Shown here: positions 48,961 to 57,935 of the stretch, one piece after another | How the letters are laid out: each line of letters opens with the position of its first letter | How positions within the stretch are numbered: the first letter of the stretch is position 1 | NCBI GenBank assembly: GCA_965216755.1 | Contig: CBDCGL010000011.1 | Location: 3,872,001 to 3,936,000 of the forward strand | DNA: 64,000 bases | DNA from: Alphaproteobacteria bacterium | GTDB taxonomy: Bacteria; Pseudomonadota; Alphaproteobacteria; UBA7887 | Direction of reading: 5' to 3' | Notes under the pieces: generated by a model | The model's database searches: none | Told to the model about the DNA's origin: nothing | What the model saw: the letters and a program-made list of their open reading frames with translations, nothing else | Program-made: the position numbers and the translations under genes

Positions 48961-49951
48961 GATATCGGTTTTGCTGTCATCCGCGTGTTTTTTGGGCTCA
49001 TTCTGAGCGGCCGAGAGCGCTGTCTTGGCCAACAATTCAAAAGGTTGGTGGAAGGCGACAGCCACCTCGCCATCTTCCCAAGAACAGTTCGATAGCAAGA
49101 AATTCAGAAGGCGCCGTTTTTTACGGACGCCCTGCTGTTCGAATAGTGATTGGGCGTTCTACGCGTCCGAAAATCTCGATGCTTTCATCGCTTTCAGCTC
49201 CCCCAGCCCGAGAATACTGTCACCGAAAACTCTAACCAAATTCGATCCAGTTTTGGGGAGCAGCCCACATCAACCAAGGTCTCTGCTTCTGATTGAAGGT
49301 AACAAGGGACTCACGTCACACTTCACTGACACAGTTCTGATCCTATCTTCAGCGAAACAATACTTCTCTGTGACCCGACGTGTGACCTTATCAACTAAGT
49401 GCTTGGACGCCGTGTTCGGCGGCCCCGATCTCTAACGCATCCTTGCTCTCTAGGGGCCACGATGAAGCGGAAATCCTCCGTCGCCAAACGAACAGAATCT
49501 ATCTCATTGGCGCCGAGGTGCCCTCGCAACGCTTCATCTAGTGGGCTCTTCCTCAAGGCGATACGAATCACAGCCGTTATCCAAACGCATGTTAAGAGCG
49601 AGTTGTCAATGTCATGGGTAAAGGCAGGTCTGCTTGTTTCATGCGATTTCTTAACGGTATTCTATGATGTCATCAAGTTACGATGGCACTTTAGATTTGT
49701 TCTAAATAAATAACTTGGTTTCTTATTTATGCTATTTTCCAGGTAGCGTTGCGGATCGTTGTTCTCGAAGTTGATCTTATTGGGAACTGTTGTTGATACT
49801 GTAAAGAATATGAACATAACACTGTGCGCGCCCGAGCCAACTAAGGCTTTTTCGACGTTGGTTGCTCGTGGCGCGACACACAAATGCGATCGTTCACGGT
49901 GGGCCGAAGCGAAGCAGAGAAGTCGAGAGCCTGATAGGGACAAAGTGCTTC

Positions 49952-52900
49952 ATGGCCACTGATTACCGGAACTATGCGCTATCCCCTATCCAGCAAGACA
50001 TCCTTGCGCGTGACGGTCACGGCGGCACTGATCGATCGATCGAGCAGTTCGTTTGCATCTTGCGCGAAGCCATTGAGATCTCGGTGTTCGAAAAGGCTTG
50101 GTCCTTGGTCGCCGCGACTCACCGCAGCCTCCGAGCCTACATATCCGAGAATGGCGTCGACGCGCCGAGTCTCCGTGTCGCCGAATCCGTTGCGACCGCT
50201 TTTGTGCACGATGATTGGGGCGCGCATTCAAAGCGGGAACGTTCGCACAAGCTTAAGACGTATTTACGGGCTGACCGGAAAAAAGGGTTCGACTTAACCA
50301 GCGGACCGCTCTATCGGGTCGCGCTGATCCGTCAGGCCACCAAACAATTCGTTTGCATTTGGACCTATCACAATATTCTTTTGGATAGTCGCTCCGCCAC
50401 ACTTGTCCTAAAAGATGTCTTTGCGACCTACGAAGCGTTGCGGCGTAACCAAGAGCCGATCGTCGAACAACGCGAGGCTATGGAACAATACGCCACCTGG
50501 CAGCGGCGACAGGACACAGCCAAAGCGAAGAGTTTTTGGTGCAATCGCCTAGAAGCCCTCGCCCCGTCGAGCGGTTTCATGGTTGATCGCCCAGCGAATC
50601 CCGCAGGAGGGGATGGCGGACAGCACGGCAGCAAAGAGTGTTGGGTCGACCAGGAAACGACCGCGAAGTTGCTAAGCCTGGCGCAACGCGAGGACATCGA
50701 ATTACGCACGATTGTTGAAGGTTGCTGGGCGATTTTCTTGGGTCGCTACGCGGGTGAGGAAGATATCGTTTTTGGTGTCACCCGAACGATAGGCCCCGCT
50801 GCTGTCGTTACGTCCAACCCAGCTATCGGCACCTTCACGAATACGCTGCCGCTTCGCGTTCGCTTTGTACCCGGCGCGTCACTTGTTCCATGTCTGAAGA
50901 AGCTGCACGCGGACAGTTTGGCGATTGTCGAACATGGCCATGTTTCGTTGGCGATGCTTCGCGAGATAAATAACATCGAGGCAGATGTGCCGTTGTTCAA
51001 AAGTGTGGTTGCGGTTGAGGATCGCACCCCCAACGCGGCACTGCGGAATGCCGGCAGCCCAGGTGAACAGCGTTCGTTTCATCTCTTGAGACAGAGTGGC
51101 TACCCAATAACGATTACGGCCTACCAAGGCGCGCAACTCCTGTTGCATGTCGCCTACGATCGAGCCAGACTCGATGACGCCACGGCAGAACGGATTCTGG
51201 AGCATCTAACGACCCTGCTAAAGGGTATCGCGGCAGATCCGGATCAACCGTTGACGCATTTGCCGCTCTTGTCCGATTCCGAACGACACCAGCTTGTCGT
51301 AGGCTGGAATGCGACCGCGGTGGCATATGATCGAAACAGATGCATCCACAGCGTCTTTGAAGATCAAGTCGCAAAAACACCCGATGCCGTCGCGCTCATC
51401 TGCGGACAAGAGCGTTTGACATATCGGCAACTTAACCGACGGTCTAATCAATTAGCTCGCTATTTAATGGCATTGGGAGTCGGGCCCGATGTTGCGGTGG
51501 GCGTGTATCTTGAACGCGACGCTGATTTGGTGGTGGGCTTGCTTGGCGTGTTAAAGGCGGGCGGCGCGTATGTGCCGTTGGATCCAGCCTTTCCGTCGCA
51601 TCGAATCGCGTTTGTACTCAATGACGCAAGCGTACCTGTGGTGTTGACGACCGCCGCGCTCGCCAAGGACGTGTCCGCCGATGGCGTGCGTCATGTGTTG
51701 TTGGACAAGGCTGGCGACGTAGTTGCGGAACAGGGCTCCGAGAACGTGGATAGCGGCGCGGGTCCGAATAACCTTAGCTACCTTATTTATACCTCTGGCT
51801 CCACGGGCAAACCCAAGGGCGTCATGGTCCGGCATCGCAATGTGATGAACTTCTTCGTGGGCATGGACCAGACCGTCGGTGCGGAGCCACCGGGTGTGTG
51901 GTTGGCCGTGACCAGCCATGCCTTTGACATTTCCGTCCTGGAGCTGTTCTGGACTCTGGGGCGTGGTTTCTCGGTCGTGCTTCATGGTGAAGATAGGGCG
52001 TGTGCGTTCGCGGATCCGATCAAACGCCATCAGGTCACGCATATGCAGTGTACGCCGTCGATGGCCAGCATCATGATCCAAGATCACAAGGTGCGCGCAG
52101 CGATGGCCAGGCTTAGAACGTTCGTCGTCGGTGGCGAGGCACTCCCGCCGGCGCTTGCGGATCAGGTCAAGCAAAGCGTTCAGGGCCGTGTCATCAATAT
52201 GTACGGTCCGACCGAGACGACGGTCTGGTCGACGTCCCATGAACTGGACGCGCAAGAGCGCGATGTGCCGATCGGGCGGCCGCTCGCCAACCAGCAAGTT
52301 TACATCTTGGACCACAACCTGCACCTGGTCCCGATCGGTGTGGCCGGTGAATTGGTCATCGGTGGCGATGGTGTCACCGCCGGATATCTGGGGCGGCACG
52401 ACCTAACCGCCGAAAAGTTTGTCGCGAATCCGTTCTCCGATGATCCGGAGAGTCGTCTCTATCGAACCGGCGATCGCGCCCGCTACGGTCCGGACGGGAC
52501 GATCGCATTCCTGGGTCGGTTCGATCATCAAGTGAAGATTCGCGGCTATCGCATAGAACTTGGTGAAATCGAAGCAGCGCTTGGCGCGCACCCGAACGTC
52601 AAAGAAGCCGTTGTCATGGCCCGTGACCAGGGCTCAGATGACGTGCGCTTGGTTGCCTATCTCGTCTTGAAGCGGAACACGGCGCGTATTTCGGATGAAT
52701 TGCGCCAGTTCCTGGAACGAGACTTGCCAAACTATATGATCCCGACAGATTTCGTCCAACTCGACGCGTTCCCGCTCACGCCCAACGGTAAGATCGATCG
52801 CAAGGCATTTCCAGCGCCGGTCGAGGTTTCGGCGGACAAGGGCATCGCAATCGAACCGCCAAAGGCTGATGCCGAGCGCATCTTGATCGGGATTTGGCAG

Positions 52901-53200
52901 CAGCGCCTAAAGCGGGAACACATTGGCCGGCGAGATAATTTCTTTGCCGTTGGCGGTCATTCATTACTGGCCATCCAAGTGATCCTCGCCATCCGCGAAT
53001 CGTTCGACATCGACTTGCCCTTGATCAGCCTGTATCAGGCGCCGACCGTGCGCGAACTGGCCCAAACGGTTCGGCAGGCGCAGCGAGAACAGGCCGCATC
53101 GGGTGTCCGTGTCGCCAACAGAGTGGCACCAGGCCGCAGTATGTCCGACGGCCGAACGGCGCCGGCCGGAGGCGAACAGATGAGATCGGTGCCGACGTGA
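49952..53200 (+). CDS. Single-module non-ribosomal peptide synthetase (C-A-PCP)
   Basis: LSPIQQ start and C-domain segments; A motifs LTYRQL, YLIYTSGSTGKPKGV, FDIS, NMYGPTE, GEL.IGG.GV..GY, YRTGD, QVKIRGYRIELGEIE, NGKIDR; PCP FF.VGGHSL. Confidence 0.92.
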   Translation: MATDYRNYALSPIQQDILARDGHGGTDRSIEQFVCILREAIEISVFEKAWSLVAATHRSLRAYISENGVDAPSLRVAESVATAFVHDDWGAHSKRERSHKLKTYLRADRKKGFDLTSGPLYRVALIRQATKQFVCIWTYHNILLDSRSATLVLKDVFATYEALRRNQEPIVEQREAMEQYATWQRRQDTAKAKSFWCNRLEALAPSSGFMVDRPANPAGGDGGQHGSKECWVDQETTAKLLSLAQREDIELRTIVEGCWAIFLGRYAGEEDIVFGVTRTIGPAAVVTSNPAIGTFTNTLPLRVRFVPGASLVPCLKKLHADSLAIVEHGHVSLAMLREINNIEADVPLFKSVVAVEDRTPNAALRNAGSPGEQRSFHLLRQSGYPITITAYQGAQLLLHVAYDRARLDDATAERILEHLTTLLKGIAADPDQPLTHLPLLSDSERHQLVVGWNATAVAYDRNRCIHSVFEDQVAKTPDAVALICGQERLTYRQLNRRSNQLARYLMALGVGPDVAVGVYLERDADLVVGLLGVLKAGGAYVPLDPAFPSHRIAFVLNDASVPVVLTTAALAKDVSADGVRHVLLDKAGDVVAEQGSENVDSGAGPNNLSYLIYTSGSTGKPKGVMVRHRNVMNFFVGMDQTVGAEPPGVWLAVTSHAFDISVLELFWTLGRGFSVVLHGEDRACAFADPIKRHQVTHMQCTPSMASIMIQDHKVRAAMARLRTFVVGGEALPPALADQVKQSVQGRVINMYGPTETTVWSTSHELDAQERDVPIGRPLANQQVYILDHNLHLVPIGVAGELVIGGDGVTAGYLGRHDLTAEKFVANPFSDDPESRLYRTGDRARYGPDGTIAFLGRFDHQVKIRGYRIELGEIEAALGAHPNVKEAVVMARDQGSDDVRLVAYLVLKRNTARISDELRQFLERDLPNYMIPTDFVQLDAFPLTPNGKIDRKAFPAPVEVSADKGIAIEPPKADAERILIGIWQQRLKREHIGRRDNFFAVGGHSLLAIQVILAIRESFDIDLPLISLYQAPTVRELAQTVRQAQREQAASGVRVANRVAPGRSMSDGRTAPAGGEQMRSVPT

Positions 53201-53282
53201 CGAACACGCGAATTAGGACCACATTCAGGTTTGCCGTGACCTTTGCCCGTAACGAGCCAGCCCCCAGCTAAAAGGCAACACC

Positions 53283-54215
53283 ATGAAACAACCAGATCTT
53301 GAGAAAATTGGGCGAACGCTGAAACGACTGTCGTTTCCGACCCGCTTCGCGGTGGAAGTCACCGCTGACTGCAACCTTGCCTGCGCGATGTGTCATCACC
53401 CATCGATGGTCAGGCCGAAGGGCAGGATGCCTTTCCCTCTGTGGACAAAATGTGCTGACGAGATCGCCGCCGTTTCACCGCGGACGCAATGCTGGTTCTC
53501 GTTTTGTGGCGAACCATTGCGCGAGCCGGAGCTTTTGTTTCGCATGTTGCGTTACGGAAAGTCCGTCGGCCTCGAATCGCTAAACGTCAACACAAACGGA
53601 ATGTTGCTGAAGCCCGAGTTGGCCGAGCCGTTGTTGGATTCGGGCGTCGATTTGGTGGTCATCGGCATCGACGGTTTTTCGACCGAGACCTACGAACGCA
53701 TTCGCGTCAATGGCAGTCGCGACGAGCTCTACGCAAACGTCGAACATCTGCTCGCTGCCCGGCACGCGCGCGAAACTGGCGCCGAGGTTCAGGTACAGTT
53801 TATCGAAATGGACGAGAATGAGCATGAGCTCGAACCGTTCAAGGCCTATTGGCTGGAACGCGGCGCGACCCTGAAAGTCCGTAACAAGCTCAGCTGGGGC
53901 GGAAAGTTCAATACACCGTTGGAAATCTCGGACGACTCACGTATCGCCTGTCCTTGGGCGATGACGATGATGCATGTGTTCTGGGATGGACGGGTGCCGC
54001 GCTGCCCCGGCGATACAGAGGGAGAGGATTTTCTCGGTAACGCATGGGATGACTCGCTAACCGACTTGTGGGGCCAATTGGGCGTCTTCCGAGAACTCCA
54101 TTTGGCGCATCGATTCGATGATCTGCCCGAACGCTGTCATACCTGCAAAGATTGGATGACCGGTTCGGCGGATCGGATCCAACCGGGGGCGGAGTCAGTC
54201 GGCAAGCCGGCTTGA
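53283..54215 (+). CDS. Radical SAM protein with SPASM/twitch C-terminal domain
   Basis: CNLACAMC (CxxxCxxC), GEP, NTNGMLL, C-terminal CPWA...WDGRVPRCPGD...GNA...CHTC. Confidence 0.9.
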   Translation: MKQPDLEKIGRTLKRLSFPTRFAVEVTADCNLACAMCHHPSMVRPKGRMPFPLWTKCADEIAAVSPRTQCWFSFCGEPLREPELLFRMLRYGKSVGLESLNVNTNGMLLKPELAEPLLDSGVDLVVIGIDGFSTETYERIRVNGSRDELYANVEHLLAARHARETGAEVQVQFIEMDENEHELEPFKAYWLERGATLKVRNKLSWGGKFNTPLEISDDSRIACPWAMTMMHVFWDGRVPRCPGDTEGEDFLGNAWDDSLTDLWGQLGVFRELHLAHRFDDLPERCHTCKDWMTGSADRIQPGAESVGKPA

Positions 54216-54230
54216 TGCGCGGGCGAACCG

Positions 54231-55235
54231 ATGAAAACGCTGTACCTTTGTGGCGCCGGCAATTCCGAGGGTGTTCGTCTCGCCCTCACGATCAACCGCA
54301 AATATAAGCGCTGGGACCACATTTATGTTTTAGACGACGACGTGTCGAAGGTCGGGCAGTCGAGGCTCGGCGTCGAAATCGTGGGTCCGTTTTCCACGTT
54401 GAAGGACTGCGATCCCGGCGCAACAGAGGTCTGCAACCTGGTCGCCAGAACCTGTACCGGACGATGGGGCGCGCGAAGCAAGATCGCCGACTACGGCATA
54501 CCATTTGCCCCGCTCATCAATCCGGACGTCGACACGGAAGGTGTTGCCTATGGCCAGGATATTTTAGCGTATCAGAACGCCACCCTGGGTCCGGAGGTTT
54601 CACTGGGCGAGGCGTCGGTGGTATTCATGGGCGCCGTTGTCGGCCATGAAAGCCAGGTCGGACAATGCTGCGTCGTGGCCGCCAACGCTGTATTGAATGC
54701 CCGCGTGGAGCTCGGCGATGGCGTCTATGTTGGCACCAACGCGTCGATCTTGCCGGAAATCACGATCGGCCCGTGGGCGACGATCGGTGCTGGCTCCGTC
54801 GTGCTTCAGGACGTGCCGGCGGGCACGACGGTTATGGGCGTTCCCGCCATTCCCCTATTCGCAACCAATGTTGAGGGCCCGCGAGACTCTCACACCGTTG
54901 CCTCAACGGGCGCGGCATCGGGTGCGGGCGGAACGGAACCGCAGACCGAAGTCGAACAAACGCTTTTCAATATCTGGAAGAAGGCATTCAACCGCAATGA
55001 TTTGAGCATCCACGACAGCTTTCTTGATCTGGGCGGCGATTCGCTGATGGCCGTTAATATGGTGTTCGCGATTCGCGAAGCGTTTCAGGTGGACGTTCCG
55101 TTGAATGAACTGTTCGAAGCCATGACGGTGAGCAAGCTCGCCGAAGTCGTCGAACAGACCATCATCGAATCCGCCAGCGATGAAGATTTGTCTGCTTTAC
55201 TGGCGGATCTCGAAGAGTACCCGGACGAGGCCTAG
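54231..55235 (+). CDS. NeuD/PglD-like hexapeptide acetyltransferase fused to a C-terminal carrier protein domain
   Basis: LCGAG, LDDD, VGHE catalytic-His motif, left-handed beta-helix hexapeptides, GVPA; then W...F...[13 protein letters not shown] phosphopantetheine site. Confidence 0.85.
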   Translation: MKTLYLCGAGNSEGVRLALTINRKYKRWDHIYVLDDDVSKVGQSRLGVEIVGPFSTLKDCDPGATEVCNLVARTCTGRWGARSKIADYGIPFAPLINPDVDTEGVAYGQDILAYQNATLGPEVSLGEASVVFMGAVVGHESQVGQCCVVAANAVLNARVELGDGVYVGTNASILPEITIGPWATIGAGSVVLQDVPAGTTVMGVPAIPLFATNVEGPRDSHTVASTGAASGAGGTEPQTEVEQTLFNIWKKAFNRNDLSIHDSFLDLGGDSLMAVNMVFAIREAFQVDVPLNELFEAMTVSKLAEVVEQTIIESASDEDLSALLADLEEYPDEA

Positions 55236-55267
55236 AATCGCGTCAATTTCTAGGGATAGCAGTCAGC

Positions 55268-55520
55268 TGTGGTTGGATCAAACAGAGCGCCGGTCTGCGG
55301 CAGAGCAAATTCCGCGGCCGCAAACGCGTTAATGTCAAATTCACCTTGGCGCTGGCGGCTTTCAACCTTATCCGTCTACCGAAACTCATCGCGATGCCGC
55401 TCTGACGACCACGGCCCTGAGCAAGCGACAAACGATGACAAACCGACAAGCAGGAACAAGCGCTCTTCATCCTCCGAAACCAGATAAAACAATCACTGCA
55501 CAGACTTCTTTAGCAGCCCG
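55268..55520 (+). mobile_element. IS5-family remnant (transposase C-terminus plus right end)
   Basis: 55268-55405 reads CGWIKQSAGLRQSKFRGRKRVNVKFTLALAAFNLIRLPKLIAMPL*; terminal-IR-like TTCTTTAGCAGCCCG followed by CTA near 55520; absent from ORF track. Confidence 0.75.
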
Positions 55521-56086
55521 CTAATGCATTTCACCCTCCCATACGATGGCGTGTCATGCTCTATTTATCTGATATTGATCAACTTATCTTCGTTCAAACG
55601 ACCCCGTTTGAGCGAAGATTGATTTGATGACGGTGATAGGGCACGGAGGCGTCTGGCCGTCATACCGGTCGAGGCCGCCACTGTGCCGTGGCGCGCTCAT
55701 CGTCGCGTCGGCGTCATGGCTGCGGCCGGCGAAAAACGGTACGGGATCGCGTTGGTTGTTATGGCCTGTGACGAACGCCGTCAAAATTGTTGCAACGACA
55801 ATTATCGCAGAAATCCTCCCAATTCTTGTCCTATTTCGCTCCTTCAATGCATGGGAAATCGCATGCAGAAGCTGATATCGGCGCGAGCAAAACCATGACG
55901 GGTGCATGGGTGCTTTTTGCTTCTATTTGGAATCGTTGAGTCAGCAAACTCGCAAATGGCGAGAAATCCTTGCCAGCCACGTCGGGAATCTTCACTCTAA
56001 ACCATCTGGGAACTCTATTGATCGGGGGCCGACGATTGGGCAGGGCCCGTGCGCTAAGGACGGGCCGATCACACAGGGAGGATTCC

Positions 56087-56584
56087 ATGACAGTACAGCT
56101 TCGCGCGCTCGCAATCGGCGCGGTGTTCGGATTGGGCGTCGCCATAGCAACGAGCAGTTGGGCCGAAGAGATGAAGCCCACCGGCGAGTTCGGCTGGTTC
56201 GGCGTCGGTACGGCCCATGTTATCGAGGAGGGACACGTCTACTGGGTTGGCGAGTTTTCGGGCACGTTCTTTGCCGATGATGGCGATGCCAGCCCGATGC
56301 ACCGCGCGGCGGTGAAATGTCCCGCCTTCAACGATCTTGATTTCAACAAAAACGAAAGCGGCGCCGGCGGCTATTGCATCGTCACCGATGGCGACGGTGA
56401 CATCGCCTACCTCAGTTGGCAGATCCCGTGGAGCGAAGGAACGGTTACCGGTGATGGCACGTTCGAATGGACCGGCGGCACGGGAAAATATGACGGGATC
56501 ACCGGCACCAACACATTCACCGGCGTGACGACCGTAAACCACGCGGATGGTACCGCCTCGGGCTACGCGATCTGGAATCGTTGA
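56087..56584 (+). CDS. Secreted hypothetical beta-rich protein
   Basis: GGAGG RBS, signal ending SWA|EE, motifs GYC..TDGDGD and GGTGKY.GI.G. Confidence 0.8.
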   Translation: MTVQLRALAIGAVFGLGVAIATSSWAEEMKPTGEFGWFGVGTAHVIEEGHVYWVGEFSGTFFADDGDASPMHRAAVKCPAFNDLDFNKNESGAGGYCIVTDGDGDIAYLSWQIPWSEGTVTGDGTFEWTGGTGKYDGITGTNTFTGVTTVNHADGTASGYAIWNR

Positions 56585-56621
56585 GTGCGGCTGCCGGCAA
56601 TGAAAATCAGGTAAAGGGGGA

Positions 56622-57110
56622 ATGATGATGACAAGGCACAGTATTTCGATTGCAGTCGCTGCGGTGGCCACGTTGACCGTCGCGGCATTGGCTTTCGCGC
56701 CCGTGGGCCACGCGGCCGAGTGCGTGGGTACCGATTATTGGACTATAGAGCTGGCAGACACACTCGATCTGGGTGAAGGCCACTCAGTGACGCTCTGGAA
56801 GGCAAACAATATCGGGGTTCCAGATGACCCAAATGCACCTGACTACTTAGCTGGGGGGCCGTGTTCTGGGTGGATAGAGGTCCTCCCCGACGGCGGTCTA
56901 AAAATGGATGGTTATTGCTCTAGAACCAACACGGACGGCGACATGCTGGTTGATCACTGGTGGCAAAACCCCGGAGATGAGAGGGGAACCTGGGAGTGGG
57001 TTCGTGGCACCGGCAAGCTCGCATCATTGGTCGGTCAGGGCGGCTGGTTTGAAACGGCGATGGAGAACGGCGTTCTCGGCGCGACACGGTGGGCTGTTGA
57101 ATGCGAATAG
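56622..57110 (+). CDS. Secreted hypothetical protein, distant paralog of the preceding gene
   Basis: Signal ending GHA|AE, motifs GYC..TNTDGD and RGTGKL. Confidence 0.8.
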   Translation: MMMTRHSISIAVAAVATLTVAALAFAPVGHAAECVGTDYWTIELADTLDLGEGHSVTLWKANNIGVPDDPNAPDYLAGGPCSGWIEVLPDGGLKMDGYCSRTNTDGDMLVDHWWQNPGDERGTWEWVRGTGKLASLVGQGGWFETAMENGVLGATRWAVECE

Positions 57111-57138
57111 CCGCTGTCTGCGATTGATGTGCCGGCTA

Positions 57139-57170
57139 TGGGGCCGCCGGGAAACCGGCGGCCCATTTTT
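57139..57170 (+). terminator. Rho-independent terminator
   Basis: TGGGCCGCCGG-GAAA-CCGGCGGCCCA followed by TTTTT. Confidence 0.75.
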
Positions 57171-57204
57171 CGCATCGGGCGGCTTCTCATACGCGCCTTG
57201 GTTG

Positions 57205-57449
57205 GTGTTTACTTGCCCACGGGTCAAGCCCGTGGGCGACGGGGGAGCGAAAATCGTTCGCCCCCAAAGCTGGTCATGGCCGGGCCCCGACCCGGCCACA
57301 AGTAGACACAGCCGTTGGCGATGTGCGCTGCTCCCCGTGGTTCGTGTTTACTTGCCCACAGAGCAAGTCCGCGGGTGACGGGGGTGTGAAAAGCGTCCGC
57401 CCCCAAAAGCTGGTCATGGCCGGGCCCCGACCCGGCCATAAGTAATCAC
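57205..57449. repeat. BIME-like array: two tandem units (139-bp period), each with two inverted REP-like palindromes
   Basis: GTGTTTACTTGCCCAC at 57205 and 57344; AAAGCTGGTCATGGCCGGGCCCCGACCCGGCCA present twice. Confidence 0.85.
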
Positions 57450-57935
57450 AATCGCCGGCGATGCGGGCTCCCCGCCGCGCTTGCTATCGCTGTACACTGT
57501 GCCGCGCAACAGGCCCTGGCCCTAGTCGACATGCATTCTGGCGATCTGACCGCGTGCGGCGTCATATCGGCGGAATGAGGCGCGGCGGGATCGCGGTCTG
57601 ACGAAAAAGAACGCGGGCCATCCGACGTCGTTTCGGGGGGGCGACAAGATGGCCCGCGCTGGGTGGTCGAATGTGTAAGTGTTGCACAGATTTGTTACGA
57701 TATCGCAACATCTTGTCGTGTGTTCACGCTTTTGTGAGCGACTGGTTACGCAGCGGGACGATGTCCGGCTGTATTCACACATGACCGATGGGGATGTGTT
57801 TGCCAACAACCATCGCCGTGCTGGTCGACGACTGCACCCGTCGGCGATAAGCAGCCATGCCACGGTCGCCCTGGCACCCCGATGCGATTTCGGTCATCTT
57901 TGCGCGCATGCAGGGGTATGCGAACGAGTGGCCGC

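Noticed and set aside
55584-55907. 107-aa minus-strand ORF and overlapping short ORFs after the IS remnant
   Set aside because: No recognisable motifs or convincing RBS; may be a decayed gene but cannot be supported.
57205-57449. CRISPR array (also considered for 6022-6075)
   Set aside because: Only two long units with similar intervening sequence, or spacer-less tandem copies; no unique spacers and no cas genes.
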